A stretch of DNA of 64,000 nucleotides from Pseudomonadota bacterium. Lineage in GTDB: Bacteria; Pseudomonadota; Alphaproteobacteria; Paracaedibacterales; CAIOTO01. The translations under genes and the position numbers were made by a program. The DNA lies in the NCBI GenBank assembly GCA_040387495.1, contig JAZKDQ010000003.1:62001-126000 (forward strand), in the 5' to 3' direction. Shown piece by piece: positions 18,990 through 28,442 of the stretch. The notes beneath the pieces are model-generated. The model saw only the letters and a program-made list of their open reading frames with translations. It was not told the origin of the DNA and made no database searches. Numbering within the stretch: the first letter of the stretch is position 1; every line of letters starts with the position of its first letter.

Positions 18990-19580
18990 TTATTTCAAAA
19001 AAAGTGTGCGAATTTCCGCTTGTTTTGTTAAATCTGTTTGAAACACCCCTGTATAATGTACCGTGATAAGCTGGGTACCTGACTTGTTAACACCGCGCCC
19101 GAGCATGCAATGATGTGTCGCCTCAATCATAACAGCAACGCCTTTTGGTTTTAGGTGCGCATCGATTGCTTGTGCTATTTGCGCAGTCATTTTTTCTTGA
19201 ATTTGCAAACGTTTAGCAAAGATTTCAACAACACGCGCTAATTTACTGATGCCAACTACTTGATCAGATGGTAGGTAGGCAACATGCGCAACACCTAAAA
19301 TAGGCGCCATATGGTGTTCACAGTGCGAATAAAACGGGATGTCACGGAGTAATATTATATTATCATACTCAGCAATTTCATCAAATGTTGTATTGAGAAC
19401 ATGTGCTGGATCTTCATGATAGCCTTTAAAATGTTCGGCAAAAGCTCGGACAACGCGCTCAGGTGTGTCAGTAAGCCCAGAGCGCAAAGGGTCATCACCA
19501 GTATACGCAAGCAATGTGCGAATAGCTTTTTCCGCCTCTTCTCTTGTTGGCTTTGTATGAACGTGTGGTGGTTTGTTCAT
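18990..19580 (-). CDS. folE: GTP cyclohydrolase I
   Basis: SHCEHH, GISKLAR, KRLQIQE, HHCM..RGV. Confidence 0.97.
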   Translation of the reverse strand: MNKPPHVHTKPTREEAEKAIRTLLAYTGDDPLRSGLTDTPERVVRAFAEHFKGYHEDPAHVLNTTFDEIAEYDNIILLRDIPFYSHCEHHMAPILGVAHVAYLPSDQVVGISKLARVVEIFAKRLQIQEKMTAQIAQAIDAHLKPKGVAVMIEATHHCMLGRGVNKSGTQLITVHYTGVFQTDLTKQAEIRTLFLK

Positions 19581-19991
19581 TTAGTGTATGCTTGTGTTGG
19601 CAAAAGGGCTGTCGAGCGAAAATGCAGGAATTTCTATGCGAACAAGATCGCCATCAGATGTTTCCATCTCATAGTGCCCATGCATAAAACCAGATGGGGT
19701 ATGGAGAGGTGTTCCGCTGGTGTATTCAAAAAGTTCGCCAGGATTTAAAATCGGCTTCTCGCCAATGACACCTTCACCTGAGACTTCTTTTATTTGACCG
19801 TTTCCGTCGGTGATGTGCCAAAAGCGACTCATCAACTGATAAGGTGAATCACCAAGATTCTCGATTTGAATATGGTAACTCCACATAAATTGTGATTTTT
19901 CAGGTAGTGAATGCGACTGCAGAAAATAAGGCTGGACAGTTACGCTGATTTCCCCTGTTGTGGAGGAATATGTGAAATTCTTTGATGTCAT
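19581..19991 (-). CDS. apaG: ApaG (Co2+/Mg2+ efflux-associated) protein
   Basis: QLMSRFWHITD, V.GEGVIGEKP, FEYTSG.PL.TPSG.M.G.Y, IPAFSLDSP; start at ATG 19991. Confidence 0.95.
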   Translation of the reverse strand: MTSKNFTYSSTTGEISVTVQPYFLQSHSLPEKSQFMWSYHIQIENLGDSPYQLMSRFWHITDGNGQIKEVSGEGVIGEKPILNPGELFEYTSGTPLHTPSGFMHGHYEMETSDGDLVRIEIPAFSLDSPFANTSIH

Positions 19992-20122
19992 CTGACTAAT
20001 TTCCCAAAACGATTCGAACCTTTTTATAATTTCATTTAACCGAAGTTTAAGGCGTATGTCAAATTTCAAATGAATTGTAGAGACAGAAGGTCTGATATTT
20101 TAATTTGGCCATCTCTCTTAAT

Positions 20123-20164
20123 AAAAATCCTTCATGCCATTTTTTATTAAATTTGACATGAAGG
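20123..20164 (-). terminator. Probable intrinsic terminator of the 20209-20847 gene
   Basis: Minus strand CCTTCATGTCA...TGGCATGAAGG followed by ATTTTT. Confidence 0.55.
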
Positions 20165-20208
20165 GTTCGTTATATTTATCACTTAAAAATTAATGATTAC
20201 TATATCTC

Positions 20209-20847
20209 TCAATTTGATTCTAAAGTTGAATTTCTTGAAATTAATTTTGAGTTTGAATTAGGTAGTGAGAGTGATTCTGCATCTGTAGAAGACTCACTAT
20301 CAGATGCATCCTTATTGCTTAGATCTTCACTCTGTTTTTTCTGAACAATGAAATTTTGCATAGACTGTTGTATTGATTTACGTTTTTCCGCTTCTGGATT
20401 GATTGGTGCAAGTGGTGCATTTATTGCTGTTGGTGCCTGTTGCACGACATTATTTTCTTTTGATTTAAGAATTCTTTGTTTAAGTACGGTTCTCGAATTT
20501 CTTAGAATAGGGTTTGTTTTATTGTTACTTAGTTGTTTTCTCTTGAAAGTTATTTCCCATGTTCTGTTCTCATTTGTAGGATTATCTTCTGTCCATTGCT
20601 TAATAATATTTTTACGTTGCTCTCCTAAGGTTAAAATTTCGAAGCTTCTTTCTAAAATTTTATCCATCTGTTTATCAATAAATTTTTTACTTTCTGCTAC
20701 TTTTATTTGAATATTTTTTGTTACATTTTTGTTGCATTTTTGTTTTTTTTCATCTATTTCTTTGCTCTCAAATGCTCTCTTATTGCTAGGCTTGCAATTC
20801 TCTTTATCATTGTCGAGATAATCCATAGACATTGCTTTGGTGTTCAT
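20209..20847 (-). CDS. Hypothetical K/N/S-rich protein, candidate secreted orphan
   Basis: 212-aa ORF, low GC; in-frame upstream sequence encodes a signal-peptide-like stretch with no start codon. Confidence 0.6.
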   Translation of the reverse strand: MNTKAMSMDYLDNDKENCKPSNKRAFESKEIDEKKQKCNKNVTKNIQIKVAESKKFIDKQMDKILERSFEILTLGEQRKNIIKQWTEDNPTNENRTWEITFKRKQLSNNKTNPILRNSRTVLKQRILKSKENNVVQQAPTAINAPLAPINPEAEKRKSIQQSMQNFIVQKKQSEDLSNKDASDSESSTDAESLSLPNSNSKLISRNSTLESN

Positions 20848-21185
20848 TAATGTTAAAATTGCTGTAAAAGTCAGTAGGATTTTATTCTTATTATACCCTG
20901 TAAATTGTTTGTTTAATGCGTAGTAAAATCTATATGGAAATTAAATTTTTTAATTTCAAGGGTACTATCATTTTTTTTATAAATAAAGAATGCATATATA
21001 CAATTTTATTCTAATTTTCTATTTTTAGCTGTCTAATCACACTTATTTATGCGTGTCATCGATGCGACAATCGTTTATATACATTTTATTGTTTTTGAGT
21101 TTGCCATAGCCATTTTAAGGAGACGTATGCTATATAGTATCTATCGTATGGTTCTTGCGTAATCATAATTCAGCATAAGAACAAC

Positions 21186-22409
21186 ATGTTTCATTTATAT
21201 TTTAATCGTTATATTTTTCATTTCTTCCTTCTTGGTGTCTCAAGTGGAATCCCTTTTTTATTAATTTTATCGACGCTTAGTTTTCGTTTGACGGAATGTA
21301 AGATAAGTCCTTCAATGATTGGTCTTTTTACGCTGGTTACATTGCCTTATTGCGTTAAATTTCTGTGGGCACCTTTTCTTGATCGCTTTGCTAATAACTT
21401 TTTCAAATGCCGTTATCTAGGGTATAAAATTTGGGGAGTCATGGCGCAGGTAGGGCTTATTGTATCGACACTCTTGCTTGGTAGTTTTGACCCTATGCAA
21501 CAGCTGGGTGCTGTCGCTATAACCGCTTTTGCATTATCATTCTTTGCGGCGAGTCAAGATATTGTTATTGATGTGTTGCGGGTTGAATTATTGGCATCAA
21601 AGCAAATTGGGGCAGGGGCTGCTATTGAATCAATAGGCTTTCGTTGTGGGATGCTGATCGGTGGCGCAGGGGCGCTCTATCTTGCGTCTTTATATGACTG
21701 GTGCATCGCATATTGGATTATGGCGGGAATTCAGATTCTTGGTATTCCAGCGTTGTGGTTTGTGCCAGTTAAAACGTTTTCGACTGCGTTTATTCCGATT
21801 GTCTCGTTTGCACAGACGTTAAAAGTAAGCTTTCAAAGTCTATACAAAGAAACACCTTTTAAGTATCTTATTCTTTTTATTCTTTTTTTTAAAGTTGCTG
21901 ATACAGTGTTGAATGCAATGTCGGCACCTTTTCTCTATGATTTATTTTTTAATAAAATTGAATATGCTAATATAACAAAGTCCTTTGGTATTTCCCTTAT
22001 GGTTGTAGGCGGGTTGGTAGCAGGGTACTTAATTCATCAGTTAGGGTGCCTTTTTGTTGTTGGTACGAGTTTGTTTTTACAAGCAGTTTCGTGCTTGTTG
22101 TTTATCATTCAATCTTGGGTTGGTCATGATTTATCAATTCTTGTGATTACGATTGGTGTTGAAAGTTTTGCGTCGGGCATGGCATCAACCGCTTTTATTG
22201 CAATGATTACAACTTATTGTAAGTCACCTTTTTCAGCAGGGCATTTTACGTTTCTCTATGCTGTAGGATCATTAAGTCGTGTTATTGTATCATTAATCGC
22301 AGGAATCACAGCTGATTGGGTGGGATGGAGTTGGTTGTTTTTTCTGACTGGGCTTACAACGGTGCCAGCGTTTTGGTTTTTAATTCTTGTTAAAAGGACA
22401 ACAAAGTGA
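21186..22409 (+). CDS. ampG: AmpG-family muropeptide MFS permease
   Basis: LG.SSGIP, LPY..KFLWAP.LD, ASQDIVID..R. Confidence 0.9.
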   Translation: MFHLYFNRYIFHFFLLGVSSGIPFLLILSTLSFRLTECKISPSMIGLFTLVTLPYCVKFLWAPFLDRFANNFFKCRYLGYKIWGVMAQVGLIVSTLLLGSFDPMQQLGAVAITAFALSFFAASQDIVIDVLRVELLASKQIGAGAAIESIGFRCGMLIGGAGALYLASLYDWCIAYWIMAGIQILGIPALWFVPVKTFSTAFIPIVSFAQTLKVSFQSLYKETPFKYLILFILFFKVADTVLNAMSAPFLYDLFFNKIEYANITKSFGISLMVVGGLVAGYLIHQLGCLFVVGTSLFLQAVSCLLFIIQSWVGHDLSILVITIGVESFASGMASTAFIAMITTYCKSPFSAGHFTFLYAVGSLSRVIVSLIAGITADWVGWSWLFFLTGLTTVPAFWFLILVKRTTK

Positions 22410-22600
22410 CAGATAAAAAAGTAATAAATAAAAAAACAGCTGATAAAAATGGAAAACGTCTTACAGATAGGCAGCAAAAGCTTGCAAGCGCTTTAAGGCA
22501 AAATCTTATGAAGCGTAAGCAGCAGCAGCGTCAGCGCGTGGAACAAGAATGTAGCCAAGAAAATGCCGATGAAGCTGTGAATGTTGCTGCGGCATCATAG
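22406..22600 (+). CDS. Small conserved alphaproteobacterial hypothetical protein
   Basis: KLASALRQNLMKRKQQ motif of a small family often found before murA; GTG start overlaps ampG stop. Confidence 0.6.
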   Translation: MTDKKVINKKTADKNGKRLTDRQQKLASALRQNLMKRKQQQRQRVEQECSQENADEAVNVAAAS

Positions 22601-22684
22601 GATGCATTTTTAGAAATAAAGTGTGTTCAATGATTGGGTGGTGGATAATATCCTGACGTTAAAATTTAATAGGAATATATAACG

Positions 22685-23134
22685 ATGACAGTTTTTATAA
22701 ATTTTATCTCAGATTATTATTTGTTGATAAAATTTTTTCATCTTCTTTTTGTTTTTTGCTGGATGGCTGGATTATTTTATTTGCCACGCATATTTGTATA
22801 TCATGCAGAAAGCACAGATGAGGGGAGTCGCAAAACACTCGATGTAATGGCTGAAAAGCTGTATAGATATATCATGACGCCGGCGATGCATGCCTCGCTT
22901 TTATTTGGTGGATTGTTGTTTTTGTTACCGCACAATCGCATTGCAGGATGGCTGAATTTAAAAATTACTTGCGTTTTGTTCTTGGTTGTGTTTCAATTGT
23001 ATCTGAATCGGTGCCGCATAATGCTGGCTACTCGCGTTCCTTTCAAATCTGGCCGGTTTTTTCGGCTTATCAATGAACTCCCCACAATTGTCCTTATCAT
23101 TATTTTGATATGCGTTGTATTTAAGCCCTTCTAA
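22685..23134 (+). CDS. hemJ: Protoporphyrinogen oxidase HemJ
   Basis: WMAGLFYLPRIFVYH, IMTPAM, FRLINE.PT, VVFKPF. Confidence 0.95.
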   Translation: MTVFINFISDYYLLIKFFHLLFVFCWMAGLFYLPRIFVYHAESTDEGSRKTLDVMAEKLYRYIMTPAMHASLLFGGLLFLLPHNRIAGWLNLKITCVLFLVVFQLYLNRCRIMLATRVPFKSGRFFRLINELPTIVLIIILICVVFKPF

Positions 23135-23153
23135 TTAGGATCTATAAAACTCC

Positions 23154-24428
23154 ATGCACCTCCAAGAACTTAAACGTAAAACCCCCGCTGAACTTATTAT
23201 TATTGCTGAAGAGCATGAAATAGAGCATGCAAGCTCACTTCGTAAGCAAGATTTAATGTTTGCAATCTTAAAAAAACTCGCTGAAAAAGACGTTGCTATT
23301 TTTGGTGATGGTGCAATTGAAATTTTACAAGATGGTTTTGGGTTTCTACGTTCACCGGAGTCAAATTATTTGCCTGGTCCTGATGATATTTATGTGTCAC
23401 CAAGTCAGGTTAAACGTTTCAGTCTTCGTACTGGCGACACGGTTGAGGGACAAATCCGAGCACCAAAAGATGGTGAGCGTTACTTCGCGCTGGTAAAAGT
23501 AAATAAGATTAATTTTGAAGATCCCGAAAAAATTCGCCATCGTATTCACTTTGATAACCTTACACCGCTTTATCCAGATCAAAGACTTCGTCTTGAAATT
23601 GAAAGCGATCAAAAAAATGGTGTGAATGGTAAGTATTTCACGCAACGCATTATTGATATGGTTTCCCCAATTGGACGCGGGCAACGTGCACTGCTCGTGG
23701 CGCCACCACGTACTGGTAAAACAGTGATGCTGCAAAACATTGCACATTCAATTGCTGAAAATCACCCTGATATTTATCTTATCGTTTTGTTAATTGACGA
23801 ACGCCCAGAAGAAGTTACAGATATGGCGCGGTCTGTTAAGGGTGAAGTAATTAGTTCTACCTTTGATGAGCCAGCTTCACGTCACGTACAGGTAACTGAA
23901 ATGGTAATTGAAAAGGCAAAGCGTTTGGTTGAACAAAAACGTGATGTTGTGATTTTGCTCGATTCTATTACACGATTAGCACGTGCTTATAACACGGTTG
24001 TCCCCTCGTCTGGTAAAGTTTTAACGGGCGGCGTGGATGCTAATGCCTTGCAACGTCCAAAGCGTGTTTTGGGTGCTGCCCGTAACATTGAAGAAGGCGG
24101 ATCGTTGACTATTATTGCGACAGCATTGGTTGACACTGGATCACGTATGGATGAAGTTATTTTTGAAGAATTCAAAGGTACTGGTAACGCCGAAATCGTG
24201 ATGGATCGTAAGCTTTCTGATAAGCGTATCTTCCCAGCAATTGATATTAATAAGTCAGGTACACGTAAGGAAGAACTTCTGGTCACTGACAAAGCTGAAC
24301 TTGCTAAGATGTGGGTGCTTCGTCGTATTTTAAACCCAATGGGGACGATTGAGGCGATGGAATTCTTGCTTGATAAACTAAAATACAGCAAGAGCAATGC
24401 GGACTTTTTCCAATCAATGAATAGCTAA
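23154..24428 (+). CDS. rho: Transcription termination factor Rho
   Basis: [47 protein letters not shown]. Confidence 0.99.
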   Translation: MHLQELKRKTPAELIIIAEEHEIEHASSLRKQDLMFAILKKLAEKDVAIFGDGAIEILQDGFGFLRSPESNYLPGPDDIYVSPSQVKRFSLRTGDTVEGQIRAPKDGERYFALVKVNKINFEDPEKIRHRIHFDNLTPLYPDQRLRLEIESDQKNGVNGKYFTQRIIDMVSPIGRGQRALLVAPPRTGKTVMLQNIAHSIAENHPDIYLIVLLIDERPEEVTDMARSVKGEVISSTFDEPASRHVQVTEMVIEKAKRLVEQKRDVVILLDSITRLARAYNTVVPSSGKVLTGGVDANALQRPKRVLGAARNIEEGGSLTIIATALVDTGSRMDEVIFEEFKGTGNAEIVMDRKLSDKRIFPAIDINKSGTRKEELLVTDKAELAKMWVLRRILNPMGTIEAMEFLLDKLKYSKSNADFFQSMNS

Positions 24429-24552
24429 TCTCAGTCCAGAAGCGATCGATTACTGCAACGATCGGCTGGTATCGAAGTGCTCATTTACAGAGGTAAACTC
24501 CGCGCCTCGAATCATTGCTCGTTTAGCACTCAATAATTTCTGAAACTGAGAT
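24428..24552. mobile_element. ~125-bp MITE/RPE-like palindromic element
   Basis: Terminal inverted repeats ATCTCAGTCCAGAA / TTCTGAAACTGAGAT; central GTGCTCATTTAC-agag-GTAAACTCCGCGC motif resembling RPE-type repeats. Confidence 0.7.
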
Positions 24553-24570
24553 CTTTATTATTTTTATAAC

Positions 24571-24601
24571 AACCCACAGTCATTTGGCATGTGGGTTTTT
24601 T
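24571..24601. terminator. Intrinsic terminator downstream of rho
   Basis: AACCCACA...TGTGGGTT followed by T-tract. Confidence 0.65.
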
Positions 24602-24989
24602 ACTGCACGCTACTTCCTATTTCTGTATACGATTTTTCAAACGCATCAAAACAAATAAGTTTTTCATCGTTTGTTTTGTGACGATAATATGCCTTAAGAG
24701 CAGAGCGTTCTGAGAAAGAAAGTTTATGTAGAGAAGTTTCTTCGTATGGTTCTATGTCTATACGTTTCTGTTTGTTGCTTTCAACATTATAGTTGATCGC
24801 GTGAAGCATCTGAAATTCCTGAAAATCATTCCAATCATGCTTGGTAAAGGTTGATTTTCCTGAGTCAGCTAAATTTTCAGAAATGCGGTGTTGTATTTCA
24901 ATTTCATTCCCAGAAACATCAGAGTAACTAACAGCTGTTAGCCCATTCATTTATAAATTGGTATCAATGTTTATATTATTTATTTTCAT
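24600..24989 (-). pseudogene. Hypothetical gene with an in-frame TAA at codon 13 (or restart at ATG 24950)
   Basis: AGGAAGGAAG RBS precedes ATG 24989; MKINNINIDTNL*MNGLTAV... continues in the same frame to 24600. Confidence 0.5.
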
Positions 24990-25213
24990 AATGCTTCCTT
25001 CCTAAAATAAGCAGTACTTCTAACATTATATATAGGAGTTATTTATGACAAATCAATGGCAGAGTATAAAAAAGGCTGTGTGTCAGAATTTCTAAACTGT
25101 GGATTTAGTGTTGCTTACCCAGTAAATTTATTAAACATAAATAAACGATTCAATTGTTTATTTATAAAATCATGCAATAATAATGTGAATAAAAAAACAA
25201 GGTCATTCACCAA

Positions 25214-26392
25214 ATGCATTTACCCTTTCTTCTGTTGTTTTCCATGGCAGTACTCCCGCTGTTAAGTGAAAATATTTATGCGCCTGCCTTGCCAGCGTTA
25301 GCTGCATATTTTAAGGCACCAGTAACGTTGGTTGAGGCCACACTTAGCATTTATTTTGCTGGCTTTGCTTTAGGTATTTTTATGTGGGGGTGCATGGCTG
25401 ATCGAATAGGACGGCGTTTCTCTATGATTGCTGGGTGGGTTGTTTATATTTTTGCAACGTGGATTTGCAGTATATCAACTGATATATCGGTGTTTTTCCT
25501 CGCACGATTTGTTCAAGCATTTGGAGCAAGTGTAGGATCGGTGATTGGCCAAACAATGACACGTGATGTGTATCATGGCAAAGAACGTTCTGTTGTATTT
25601 ACAAAAATTGGTATTTATCTTGCATTAGCCCCTGCATTAGGACCACTCGTTGGTGGAACACTTTCTACCTATTTTGGCTGGCAAAGTAATTTTTATTTCT
25701 TATTAGTTTTGTCATTTTCGTTGCTTATTTATATGGTGTGGAAGTTGCCAGAAACGAAGCCTTTAAATATGCCAATTCCGCGTCCTTTTTGGTTAATGAA
25801 TAAAATGATACGAGACCCATTTATTTGGGTGAGTTCTCTCATTGTTGCTACGTCTAATGGATTAGCATTCAGTTTTTATGCAGAAGGACCATTCATTTGG
25901 GAGAATTATTTTCACTATGGTATGCAAAGTTACGGATATCTAGGGCTGCTTTTTGCTGGCTCTGCAATCTTAGGTGGAATAATTGGCCATAGGTTGTTGA
26001 AGCATTTTACTGCTGAAGCGATGAATTTAATTGCAGCGGCCCTCTTATTGATTTCAGGATTTATTGCATATACGTTGATGCTTTTCTCCTATGATATTGT
26101 TGCGCAAACATTCATTTTGATTTGTTTGGTGATGATGCTTTTTGTGACGTTTAATATCGGTGTCCCAAGTACGCTTGCCACTGCATTGCAACGTTATCAG
26201 GAGTATTCGGGAACTGCGGCATCAATTTTTGGGTGTATGTATTACATTATTGTTGCAATATTCACCTATGGAATTTCTTGGTTTCATAACGGGTCGCCAG
26301 TTGTTTATCCTTTGTATTTTACGGGGATAGCAGCGTTATTGTTTATTGTATTGGTGGGTCAATATGGCATGACACGAAGGCGCATTGCATGA
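25214..26392 (+). CDS. Bcr/CflA-family multidrug MFS transporter
   Basis: IYAPALP, G.MADRIGRR, ARFVQAFG, P.LGPLVGG, FGWQS.F, LPETK. Confidence 0.92.
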   Translation: MHLPFLLLFSMAVLPLLSENIYAPALPALAAYFKAPVTLVEATLSIYFAGFALGIFMWGCMADRIGRRFSMIAGWVVYIFATWICSISTDISVFFLARFVQAFGASVGSVIGQTMTRDVYHGKERSVVFTKIGIYLALAPALGPLVGGTLSTYFGWQSNFYFLLVLSFSLLIYMVWKLPETKPLNMPIPRPFWLMNKMIRDPFIWVSSLIVATSNGLAFSFYAEGPFIWENYFHYGMQSYGYLGLLFAGSAILGGIIGHRLLKHFTAEAMNLIAAALLLISGFIAYTLMLFSYDIVAQTFILICLVMMLFVTFNIGVPSTLATALQRYQEYSGTAASIFGCMYYIIVAIFTYGISWFHNGSPVVYPLYFTGIAALLFIVLVGQYGMTRRRIA

Positions 26393-26481
26393 AATTATAA
26401 AAGTTTTATTATAATATTATGACTTTGTTAACTATGGCTATGGAAAACTAAGGATAGATTTAGCTAGTGTTATGAAGTGTT

Positions 26482-27318
26482 ATGAACAAACTGCATGTAT
26501 TAATTATTGTAAGAAATCATAGTGATTGTGGACGTTTACAATCGATTATATCGGAATTAAACTGGATTGCGAAGATTGTTGATTTAAGTCAGTTGTCTCC
26601 TGCAATTATTACTAGGCGTTTTGACTGGATTGTCGCGGTTGATGTGCCGCTTGATACTTCTACTTTAGTAAATTTTCTAGCTAATCTTGAAGAATATTAT
26701 GAAACGAAAAGTTTTAATGTTATTAACGTTCATCATGAAATGATTGATGTGGGGTATGATAAATTAAAGAAAAACTGGTTAGAGTTAAACCAACAACTTT
26801 TTTCCATCTCTTTTGGGTCTTCTCATGCTGATTTTATTTTGTCAAAAGAACTGAGCACTGGAACATGCGCTGGTTTTGTACGCTTCCAAACGCCTATGCA
26901 GGCTCAGCGTATCGCAACATTTCTTTCTCAGTTAACAGCCGATCCGAAACGCTCTTATTTAGGTTTGTGGGAAATTTTTATTAATGCGATAGAACATGGA
27001 AATTTAGCAATTTCATCTGATGAAAAATCCAGTTTCTTAGATGAACAAACTTTAGATGAAGTAACATCTGAGCGATTGGCCACTAAAGAATTTCAAAGCC
27101 GCTATGTTCGAGTATCTTTTGTTGTTGCTGATGATAGTGTCTCATTTGATATTAGAGACGAGGGAAATGGATTTGATTGGGAGTCTTTCTTGACAATTGA
27201 TGATCAGCGACTTGCTGCAAAAAATGGTCGCGGTATTACAGTTGCACATTCTATGAGTTTTGACGAGTTAGCTTATATAGCAAACGGTGACCATGTTCAT
27301 TGTCAGATTAAAAATTAA
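26482..27318 (+). CDS. RsbW-like HATPase (anti-sigma/Ser kinase) with degenerate receiver-like N-terminus
   Basis: EIFINAIEHGN, IRDEGNGFDW, NGRGI, Y...G..V motifs. Confidence 0.8.
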   Translation: MNKLHVLIIVRNHSDCGRLQSIISELNWIAKIVDLSQLSPAIITRRFDWIVAVDVPLDTSTLVNFLANLEEYYETKSFNVINVHHEMIDVGYDKLKKNWLELNQQLFSISFGSSHADFILSKELSTGTCAGFVRFQTPMQAQRIATFLSQLTADPKRSYLGLWEIFINAIEHGNLAISSDEKSSFLDEQTLDEVTSERLATKEFQSRYVRVSFVVADDSVSFDIRDEGNGFDWESFLTIDDQRLAAKNGRGITVAHSMSFDELAYIANGDHVHCQIKN

Positions 27319-27345
27319 CAATGCTGGTGATGTGGAGATGTTGGC

Positions 27346-27777
27346 GTGGACTTGCACACAGTAAAAAATTTGAAATTGCTCAAGAAACTTTCGCTTCAAA
27401 AAAGTGATCTCCTTCGTTTGGAAATGCATGAGTGCTTGAGTCAAATTGCCCAATTGAATACGTATTCAAAAGAACTTATTGCTTCACATTTGCGTGAAGA
27501 AGAAATTGCGGCACGAGCCGAGCATGTGGAAATAGCTATAGCATTTGCTGCATATCGAGCAAAGAATAAAAGTGAACTTTTTAAAACCGCTAAAGCGGCT
27601 AGTGAAATAGAAAAATCATATGAGATTTTGCGTGACCAGCTAGGAGACCTATTCTCTGAACAAAAATCGTATGAGATTACTATTGATGATTTGAAGAAAA
27701 AACAAATGATGAGTGATAAACAAAAGGAAGCACAATACTTTGATGAAGTATCTATGCAAAGGTGGAGAAGTAAATAA
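27346..27777 (+). CDS. fliJ: FliJ-family flagellar export chaperone
   Basis: 143-aa coiled coil with alphaproteobacterial FliJ pattern L...F.EQK.YE and E....DEVS..R; GTG start. Confidence 0.6.
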   Translation: MDLHTVKNLKLLKKLSLQKSDLLRLEMHECLSQIAQLNTYSKELIASHLREEEIAARAEHVEIAIAFAAYRAKNKSELFKTAKAASEIEKSYEILRDQLGDLFSEQKSYEITIDDLKKKQMMSDKQKEAQYFDEVSMQRWRSK

Positions 27778-27823
27778 GAAATGAGGATTTTTGTTTTTTA
27801 ATGTGATTCCCCAAATATTTTTA

Positions 27824-27852
27824 TTGACAGATACCATGAAATCTAGTAATTT
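27824..27852 (+). promoter_or_regulatory. Sigma70 promoter of tRNA-Glu
   Basis: TTGACA-17 nt-TAATTT, 12 nt upstream of tRNA. Confidence 0.75.
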
Positions 27853-27864
27853 TCAAAACAACAA

Positions 27865-27940
27865 GTCCCCATCGTCTAGAGGCCTAGGACACCGCCCTTT
27901 CAAGGCGACGGCACGGGTTCGACTCCCGTTGGGGACGCCA
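27865..27940 (+). tRNA. tRNA-Glu (TTC)
   Basis: GTCCCCATCGTCTAGAGGCCTAGGACACCGCCCTTTCAAGGCGACGGCACGGGTTCGACTCCCGTTGGGGACGCCA; C.A mismatch at top of anticodon stem. Confidence 0.96.
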
Positions 27941-28172
27941 TTTTCCAGAAATTATTTTCCATATATTTTTCTAGAGTCAAAAGCGTTTCTTTTGTGCTAG
28001 CATGTCTTACGTCTTCTTTACCTCACGTTTGCATGTGTCATTATTTGGAATTTTTGGTATCGCCATTGCGCGTATATGCTCACATTTTCGACTCATTTTG
28101 GTATTGCTTGTGATAGGCAGTGGATGTCAGTATTTTACCCAACAAGAACACGTTACTAAGCAGGAATGTACT

Positions 28173-28442
28173 ATGTTAAAGATTGAAGTTTTTTCAAAAG
28201 AAATTTGTCCCTATTGCGTACGCGCAAAAAAGCTATTGACTAAAAAGGGTGTCAGTTTTACTGAAATAGATATTGCACAAAATGCGGAACTTCGTGATGC
28301 GATGATCAAACGCGCTAGCGGGAAACAAACTGTCCCTCAGATTTTTATTAATGATAAGCATGTTGGTGGTTGTGATGATTTGTACGCGCTTGATGCTGCA
28401 GGGGAATTAGATAGTTTGTTAAAGGATACATGCAATGCTTAG
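28173..28442 (+). CDS. grxC: Glutaredoxin 3
   Basis: CPYC, TVPQIFI, GGCDDL; AGGA RBS before ATG 28173. Confidence 0.96.
   Translation: MLKIEVFSKEICPYCVRAKKLLTKKGVSFTEIDIAQNAELRDAMIKRASGKQTVPQIFINDKHVGGCDDLYALDAAGELDSLLKDTCNA

Noticed and set aside
24523..24550. TTAGCACTC, a CIRCE left arm (hrcA is present in the window)
   Set aside because: No GAGTGCTAA right arm after 9 nt; it lies inside a repeat downstream of rho, not in a heat-shock promoter.
26440..26452. 13-mer ATGGAAAACTAAG shared with 51667-51679
   Set aside because: A shared AT-rich 13-mer is expected by chance in 64 kb; the similarity extends only a few bases further.
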